Shown here: positions 57,656 through 64,000 of the stretch, in pieces
How positions within the stretch are numbered: position 1 is the first letter of the stretch
Layout of the letters: every line of letters begins with the position of its first letter
Source of the DNA: an uncultured delta proteobacterium
GTDB taxonomy: Bacteria; Desulfobacterota; Syntrophobacteria; Syntrophobacterales; Syntrophobacteraceae
Direction of reading: 5' to 3'
Assembly: GCA_963808625.1 (NCBI GenBank)
Contig: CAWEHK010000025.1
Location: 32,001-96,000, forward strand
Length of the DNA: 64,000 nucleotides
Made by a program: the position numbers and the translations under genes
The notes under the pieces: model-generated
What the model saw: the letters and a program-made list of their open reading frames with translations, nothing else
Database searches by the model: none
Told to the model about the DNA's origin: nothing

Positions 57656-57943
57656 ATGAGCTTGGCGGCACAACCTATCCCCAATCCGGCAGTGCTTTTT
57701 CGAGAGGTACCCATGGATGAGTGGGCCGTCCTGTTCAATCCGGAGAACTTCTGTGCGATGTCCCTCAATGCCACCGGCGTGGTCGTGTGGAAATTGATCG
57801 ACGGGCGGCGCACGATCGCGGAGATCGTCGCGGGGGTGAAAGCCCATTTCAAGGACGTGCCGGACACGGTAACCGACGATATCGCCGCCCTGCTGAAAGT
57901 ACTGAGTGGCGACGGTTACGTGGGGTATGAGGTAACCGCATGA
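57656..57943 (+). CDS. scmD: PqqD-family RiPP recognition element (ScmD-like)
   Basis: PIPNPAVLFRE..DEWAVLFNPE....LNATG..VWKLIDGRRT. Confidence 0.85.
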   Translation: MSLAAQPIPNPAVLFREVPMDEWAVLFNPENFCAMSLNATGVVVWKLIDGRRTIAEIVAGVKAHFKDVPDTVTDDIAALLKVLSGDGYVGYEVTA

Positions 57944-58227
57944 AGACAAGACAGTATGTGGCCAATCCGGTCGTCTCCTGCCGTGAGGAGGAAGGGGGCG
58001 CTGTGCTCTTCAATCCCGATACCGACGATATGGTCATCATCAACCCCACCGGCCGGGTGATCTGGGACTTTCTCGCGACCCCTCGCAATACGGTGCAGGT
58101 AGCGGCTCACGTCGTAGAAAAGTTCCAGGGGGTTTCCCCCGAGCAGGCGGCGACCGATGCCGAAGCTTTCCTTCAGTCCCTGCTGCCGGACTTTATTCTG
58201 GAAGCGGAGGGGACTGATGAAGCCTGA
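57940..58227 (+). CDS. Second PqqD-family RRE protein
   Basis: NPVVSCREEEGGAVLFNPDT....INPTG..IW; ATGA overlap with the first RRE gene. Confidence 0.85.
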   Translation: MKTRQYVANPVVSCREEEGGAVLFNPDTDDMVIINPTGRVIWDFLATPRNTVQVAAHVVEKFQGVSPEQAATDAEAFLQSLLPDFILEAEGTDEA

Positions 58228-59359
58228 GTCGATGGCGGCCATGGACCTGACCGTCCCACCCAAGGGTGTGCCCCCGGCCCCGAGAACGGTCGACCTGTCT
58301 CTTACGGGTCGCTGCAACTTGCAATGCCGCTATTGTTTTTTCGCGGACTCGATGGCTGCGCTCACCGATCTCCCAACGGTGTCATGGCTCTCTTTCTTTG
58401 AGGAGCTTGGTGAGCTGGCGGTGCTGCGGGTGACCCTCTCCGGCGGGGAGGTCTTCACTCGCCCCGACTTGTTTCAATTGCTTGACGGCATCATCGCCGC
58501 CAGGATGCGCTATAGCCTGCTCTCCAACGGCACCCTCATCACCGAGCAGGTGATCCGCCGTTTTGAGGAAGGCAAGCGCCGTTTGCGCCTGGATTCCATC
58601 CAAATCTCCATCGATGGTTCCTGTGCCGAGGTCCACAACCGCAGTCGTCCGCCGGACAGCTTCGACCGCGCCCTGAATGGGCTCAAGCTGCTCAAGGCGA
58701 ACGGCTTTCCGGTGACGGTCCGGGTTACGGTGAACCGGCATAACCTCGACGACCTGGAAAACATTGCCCGTTTGCTGCTGGAAGATATTGGCCTGAGCGG
58801 GTTCGGTACCAATGAAGTTGAATTCATGGGCGCCGCCCGCTGCCACGGCCAGGAAGTGGTGCTGACGCCGGGAGAGCGCCGGCAGGCCATGGCTGCCCTG
58901 GTCGCCCTGAACGAGAAATATGAGGGCCGCATCAGCGCCAATGCCGGGCCCCTCGCCGCGGCAAAGTCATTCTCGGACATCGAAGCCAGGCTGGCCCAGG
59001 GGGAGACGCACATGCCGGGTCGGGGGACCCTCTGCTCATGCGGCGGGGTCTTCAGCAAGATGGCAGTCCTCCACGACGGCGCGATGGTCCCCTGCGACAT
59101 GCTCCCCACTCTGGTCATGGGCAGGGCGGGCAAAGATCCCTTGCGCGATGCCTGGCTCCATCACCCGGCCATCAACGCCGTGCGAGCCCGGCGGGAGGTC
59201 CCCCTCAGCTCGCTCGCCACCTGCCGGGGCTGCCCTTACACCGGGTTCTGTGCGGGTGGGTGTCCGGCGTCGGTGATGGCCAAATATAGTCGTCTCGATG
59301 CCCGCGACCCCCTTTGCTGCTACCGGATCTACCGGGGAGAAGAGAGGGTTGATGGTTGA
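58217..59359 (+). CDS. scmE: Radical SAM/SPASM maturase, ScmE-like
   Basis: CNLQCRYC, LSGGE, SIQISIDG; SPASM cysteines CSCGG..PC..CRGCPYTGFCAGGCPA. Confidence 0.85.
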   Translation: MKPESMAAMDLTVPPKGVPPAPRTVDLSLTGRCNLQCRYCFFADSMAALTDLPTVSWLSFFEELGELAVLRVTLSGGEVFTRPDLFQLLDGIIAARMRYSLLSNGTLITEQVIRRFEEGKRRLRLDSIQISIDGSCAEVHNRSRPPDSFDRALNGLKLLKANGFPVTVRVTVNRHNLDDLENIARLLLEDIGLSGFGTNEVEFMGAARCHGQEVVLTPGERRQAMAALVALNEKYEGRISANAGPLAAAKSFSDIEARLAQGETHMPGRGTLCSCGGVFSKMAVLHDGAMVPCDMLPTLVMGRAGKDPLRDAWLHHPAINAVRARREVPLSSLATCRGCPYTGFCAGGCPASVMAKYSRLDARDPLCCYRIYRGEERVDG

Positions 59360-59402
59360 TAGTTGATGGTTGATAGTTGAGGGTTGAGGGTTGATGGTTG
59401 AT
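59347..59402 (+). repeat. (GGTTGAT)n array overlapping the scmE stop
   Basis: About eight units. Confidence 0.9.
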
Positions 59403-59660
59403 ATGCTCGTTTGGGTTGATAACCTTGATTTTGGCGGACTTGGGAATTAACCGCAGAGCACGCTGAGATCGCAGAGAAAGCCAATGATTCTTTCTGTGGC
59501 CTCTGTACTACTAAGGTTCAAATTGTTTAAATCTTATCAAGATTTTTGCTTAACTTTTTGTTTTCTCCGCGTTCTCTGCGTTCTCTGCGGTGGAAGAATA
59601 AATATTTGAACCTTTACGAGTATGGTTGATGGATCTACCAGGGAGAAGAGCTTGAGTTCC

Positions 59661-60830
59661 ATGAGCTTGTGTGATTTTATGGAACCGGATAACGGCCAGA
59701 GCGGACCGCTGCCCCAGGATCTGCCCGAGGGCGTGCCGCCGCTTCGAGCCTTTTACCTTTATCTCTCCACCAGCTGCAACCTGCGCTGTCGCCACTGCTG
59801 GATCACCCCGAGCTTTGTCGACGGCATTCCGGCTGGCCGAGGACGTAATTCCGGTGGAAGCGCTCCGGGATGCCGTGATCGAGGCCAAACCGCTGGGCCT
59901 CTGCCACGCCAAGCTGACTGGCGGGGAACCCCTCCTGCACCCGCGCTTTGTCGGAATCGTGGACATGCTGACGGCCGAGGGGTTGCAGATGAATATGGAA
60001 ACCAACGGCACGCTGATGACTGCCGAGCTTGGCCGCCATCTCAAGGAGAAGACCAACGTCAGCTTCATCTCGATCAGCCTGGATGGGGCCGACGCCAAAA
60101 CTCACGACCGGTTTCGCGGCGTGGTCGGGGCTTACGATGCGGCGTTGAGAGGATTGGCGCACCTGACGGATGCTGGATACAGCAACGTTCAGGTGATCAT
60201 GAGCGTCCATCGCGGCAACCTGGACCAGATCGATGGCCTGGTGCGGCTGGTGGCGGACCGCGGTGCGGGATCGGTCAAGTTCAACCCGGTTAGCTTTGCC
60301 GGGCGGGGAACCACCATGCATGAGCGGGGGGAGACCCTGGACTACGAGGAGCGGATGGCCCTGGCCGCGGCCGTTCGAGAGGAGTTGCCAGAGACGTTTC
60401 TCCATCCCCCTCATCTGCTTTCATCCACCGGCCCAGAAATCCATGCGGCACCTGTGGGATACCTCGCCGACAGCCCACCGATTGCGGGGTCCGCCACATT
60501 CTGGGCATCCTGGGGACGGGGGACATTGCCTTGTGCGGGATCGGCCGGACCGTCCCCGAGCTGGTCTACGGGCAACTGGGGAAAAACAGCATCCGGGAGA
60601 TCTGGTTGACACATCCCACGATCCTCGAGCTCCGCCGGCTTCTGGACGACTTCAGGAATTTTCCCGGCATATGCGGCCGGTGCATCCATGCCAAAACCTG
60701 CCGCACGGGCTGTGTCGCGATGAACTATGTCGACGCTCGGCAACTCGTCTGGCCGGACCCGCTGTGCCAGGAGTCAGAACGACGAGGGCTGTTTCCGGCC
60801 AGCCGGAAAAGGAAATCCGGCGGCCCTTGA
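59661..60830 (+). CDS. scmF: Radical SAM/SPASM maturase, ScmF-like (frameshifted)
   Basis: FYLYLSTSCNLRCRHCWITP, KLTGGEP, ALCGIG and GICGRCIHAKTCRTGCVAMNY motifs. Confidence 0.85.
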
Positions 60831-61032
60831 GCAGCGAACACCTCAAGGAAAGCACATCATAGCAATCGAGTACACGTGGGCCGAAATAAGTAGCCAGTTC
60901 CGGTGGGCACGGTGAAGCTGTGCCCACCCTACAGTGTTCCCGGACCCGTAGGGTGGGCAGGTTTTTTGCCCACCGCAAACATGCACGAACTTATACCCAT
61001 GTGTACTAGAGAGATGAGTGTTCATGAGGGCC

Positions 61033-61048
61033 TGGCATTATTTATGCA
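61033..61048 (+). promoter_or_regulatory. Possible sigma54 promoter upstream of the precursor gene
   Basis: TGGCATTATTTATGCA (GG-N10-GC). Confidence 0.4.
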
Positions 61049-61256
61049 TCTCAACAGTCGAAAGTTGCGTTTGTTCTATCATTCTGGATGCCCGCCAGAA
61101 GCACGCGGGCATGACGATAGTTGGCCTGTTGCCGCACCGTCATTCCCGCAGGCTTTTGGCGGGAATCCAGAAACTGAGACAAATCTAGGATTTCACCCTT
61201 AACGAGTATAGAATGATCATTTTCATGTATAATGAACCTTTGCAGGGAGAAGCGAC

Positions 61257-61496
61257 GTGTTGAAAAATGGAAAGGACGATCTGACGGACCGGCGGCCAAC
61301 ATACGAACCACCACAGGCCTTACGCATGGATGATATCCATGCAGGGGCAGGTGGGCAGGATTGTACCTCTGGCGCTAGCGCTGGAGGTGCTAACTGCGCT
61401 ACGGGCGGCGCCGCTATCGGTGGACAGTGTATTAGTCCAGGGACTTCTGCTGCTACTGGTCAATGTAAATTTGGTGATGGAGCCTCTACATTTTAG
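61257..61496 (+). CDS. RiPP precursor peptide, ScmA-like
   Basis: RBS GGGAG; leader with YEPP motif; Gly/Ala/Ser/Thr-rich core with four regularly spaced Cys; lies inside the maturase cluster. Confidence 0.8.
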   Translation: MLKNGKDDLTDRRPTYEPPQALRMDDIHAGAGGQDCTSGASAGGANCATGGAAIGGQCISPGTSAATGQCKFGDGASTF

Positions 61497-61561
61497 GGCG
61501 CAAGACTTACGGAGCTTTTGTGCCATGGGTGGAGGAACTCGATGAAAGCAGGGACCGGCGG

Positions 61562-62520
61562 ATGGGGTTCGATTCGTCTCAAAAGAACTTTGGGGTCTTC
61601 TCCTGCGGGGGGGTTACTCTGATTCTAACACCATCCTCCACATATAGCCTTCCCCTTGCTGACGGGACCTGCTGGCTGGTTCGGGCCGGCGTCCCGGAGG
61701 CTGAGCACGTGGTGGCCCGTCTTGGAGCGGCTATGGAACTGCCGCCGGGCGGCGGCTCCGGCCGGGAACTGGTGGTTGGGTTCCACGGCCACCAGGCTTC
61801 CTCACCTGCTGCCCTGCGTGCAGCCCAGGGACCATCAGTGTGTCTGGTGAGCCCTCCCTGCAACGGGGAGAGGTTCGCCTTTCAGGCTATGCAGATATCC
61901 ATGACCATCGTCAGGGATGCGCAGGTCCGTGGGGGATTGCTCATTCACGGCGCGCTGGCCGCGTGGCAGGGGTCCGCTGAAAAGGCCGGCGGAATGGTTT
62001 CGGGTGCCATCATGGCGGGGCCGGGTAGCGTCGGGAAGACTACGGCCAGCAGTCGCCTGTCCGGCCCCTGGCGGTCCCTCAGCGATGACATGACCCTGGT
62101 GGTTCGTGACCCTCAAGGCCATTACTGGGCGCATCCCTGGCCCACCTGGGGGCGGTTTTTGGAAAATGCGGCCGGCGTTTCCTGGCCGGTGCCGCAGGGC
62201 CGTGCCCCTGCGGGCCGTTTTTTTCCTTTCCCAATCGCCCAACGACTCGGTAACCCCACTCAACACCGCCCAAACAATCGCCCTGCTGATCGAATCCGTG
62301 CAGCAGGCCTCCTCGCCCATGGTCTGCGCGTTGCCGGAGACCGAGGCTGCGGCTGTCTATGAGGAACAACTGGCGGCGGCCAGCGAGCTCGCCCGGACCA
62401 TCCCTGCCTACCGGCTCAGCATAAGCCTGGACGGCGCCTTCTGGAAGGAAATGGAAAGCGTGCTCGCGGCGGCCCCAGCCCGCCCGGTTGCATCTCGCCG
62501 AGCGTCACCCCCTTCGCCTC
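61562..62520 (+). CDS. scmC: ScmC-like P-loop (HPr-kinase-like) protein, frameshifted; probably continuous with the downstream peptidase
   Basis: GLLIHGALA, AGPGSVGKTT, LSDDMTLV, YWAHPWPTW and PLRAVFFLSQ motifs. Confidence 0.8.
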
Positions 62521-63175
62521 GGGTGCGACTGCCCGGAAGGTCCCCCGCTGCCGGTCGTCTACACCGGTCCCAGCATGAACCCCACCCTGCAGGGAGCCGG
62601 ACCTGCTGGAGGTGGTCCCTTACGACGGAAGAGCGGTGTGCAAGGGGGACGTCATCTATTTCCACCCGCCGGGTGGGGGGCTCGCGGTCGTCCACCGGGT
62701 CGCGCGGGTCTTGCGGGAAGGCGTCCGCACCCGGGGAGACAACAACCCGATGGAAGACCCTTATTCTGTGCCTCATTCGGCCATTATCGGGCAGGTCGTA
62801 GCCGCGCAGCGGGATGGGCGTCGCCGCCGCGTCGCTGGCGGCTGGCAAGGCCGGATGCAATACCACCTGGCGAGGCTTGAAGGCACCGCGCTGCGCCTGG
62901 GCCAGAGACTCTTGAGCCGGCTGTACCAGGGGCTGGCAAGGTCCGGTCTCTTTCGCCAGGTCCTCCCCCCGAGGCTCACCCCCCGCCTGGTCGGGTTCGA
63001 AACGAGACGCGGCAGGCAGCTCAAGGTGATGATGGGAAGCCGTGCGGTAGCCCACTACCACCCGCTCGGGAGAGTGTGGCAGGTTCGTCGGCCCTTTCGC
63101 CTGTTTGTGGATGAGGCCGTTCTGCCCCGGCCCGAGAGCGAATTCCCTCAATCAGCCCCAGCGCTGGTGAAATAA
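62521..63175 (+). CDS. S24/S26-family peptidase domain (frameshifted)
   Basis: YTGPSMNPTL (catalytic Ser), GDVIYF, VVHRV and TRGDNN motifs. Confidence 0.8.
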
Positions 63176-63471
63176 CTGCAAGCAGATACCAGAACGCCCT
63201 CCATCTTTTTTATCCACGAATTCACACGAAGATTTGTGAAGACACACGAAGAACTCACTTCGTGGTCTTCGTGATCTTCGTGCTCTTCGTGGTGAAAGAT
63301 AAGGTGGTCTTTTGATTCATGCGCAGGGCCGGGTCCGCCAAGAACGCTGACCACGGTGATGGAGACTGGGTTGGGCATTGTACTGAAGCAGCCCAGTGGA
63401 TCGGTAACGCGGACCGTGCAGGCCCCAAGCGGCGAAATGGAGAAGCGGTAGTGTGGTCGTCATGATCAAGT

Positions 63472-63573
63472 CTAGATGAAGACGTATTGCCCCTGCGTTG
63501 CTATAATGTCCACGGCATCGGGCAGTCCCTCGGCAAAGTCACAGTAAGTGTTGGTATCAAGGACCAGCTTCAC
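63472..63573 (-). pseudogene. VapC/PIN toxin, N-terminal 33 aa only
   Basis: GTGA overlap with the antitoxin; MKLVLDTNTYCDF...YVFI then stop. Confidence 0.65.
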
Positions 63574-63809
63574 TCCCAGTCCCCTTCGTGGATCTCATTG
63601 AAGACCCGTAGTGAAGCTCGCAGCTCATCCGCTTCCTCGCGAGTCATCCAACCCGCCAGCTCACGAACCAGCTTTTCGCGATTTTTCAGCAAGCCAAGCT
63701 TTTCATCAATAGCCTCAAGGATAAAAGCCGTCTTGGATTTTCCGGCTCTTCCTGCAACTTTTCGAATTATCGCCTCTTTCTCAGAAGGAATCCTCAGACT
63801 CACGGGCAT
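63570..63809 (-). CDS. Ribbon-helix-helix (CopG-like) antitoxin
   Basis: PVSLRIP....GKSKTAFILEAIDEKL; RBS GGAGGTG; C-terminus LAGWM..EEADE. Confidence 0.8.
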   Translation of the reverse strand: MPVSLRIPSEKEAIIRKVAGRAGKSKTAFILEAIDEKLGLLKNREKLVRELAGWMTREEADELRASLRVFNEIHEGDWE

Positions 63810-64000
63810 GGTTGATCACCTCCATGTATCGCCTTCGTGCGTTTTGTATCTCAAATGGAGGGTGCTGTCAATTTTCTTCATCCACGAAGACACACCAACA
63901 CGAAGACACACGAGCCTCTTGCAAAACTCAATAAGACCGTCACCCCGCTAGAAATGGCGGATACATCGGAAGTCACTGACCTACACTCTAGCGCGCATCC

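Overview
Chromosomal window of a GC-rich anaerobe, most likely Desulfobacterota (Syntrophobacteraceae-like). This is inferred from gene content and synteny, not from a database search. Many essential genes (prfA, prmC, murA, bamD, radA) are split by single-base indels, so the sequence is probably an unpolished long-read assembly and frameshifts were treated as errors unless noted. Layout: (1) 1-18 kb core metabolic and redox genes (thioesterase, ADP-forming acyl-CoA ligase, class II aldolase, ftsY, CoA-transferase, glycosyltransferases, a thiol-redox cluster, ribF) plus a candidate sigma54-dependent small RNA. (2) tRNA-Leu(CAG) followed by a ~13-16 kb degraded accessory island with an orphan type I-E-like CRISPR mini-array, an ISKra4-like transposase, lipoproteins, a GH75-like gene, MNT-HEPN and HicAB toxin-antitoxin pairs, gene fragments and a TPR protein. 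(3) Housekeeping block gatB-mtnA-radA-trxA-bamD-rho-rpmE-prfA-prmC-murA-comEC-galE. (4) A RAYT/REP locus, an SBBP beta-propeller surface protein and a SynChlorMet-type RiPP cluster: two PqqD/RRE genes, two radical SAM/SPASM enzymes, a Cys/Gly-rich precursor, and ScmC apparently fused to an S26 peptidase. Intergenic DNA is crowded with small repeat elements: 7-nt tandem arrays with a strand polarity that also supply stop codons to host genes, 9-nt-unit hairpins, nested TIR-bounded MITEs and several REP families. The strongest leads are the RiPP cluster, the heptamer-array elements, the sigma54 sRNA and the CRISPR mini-array beside the tRNA.
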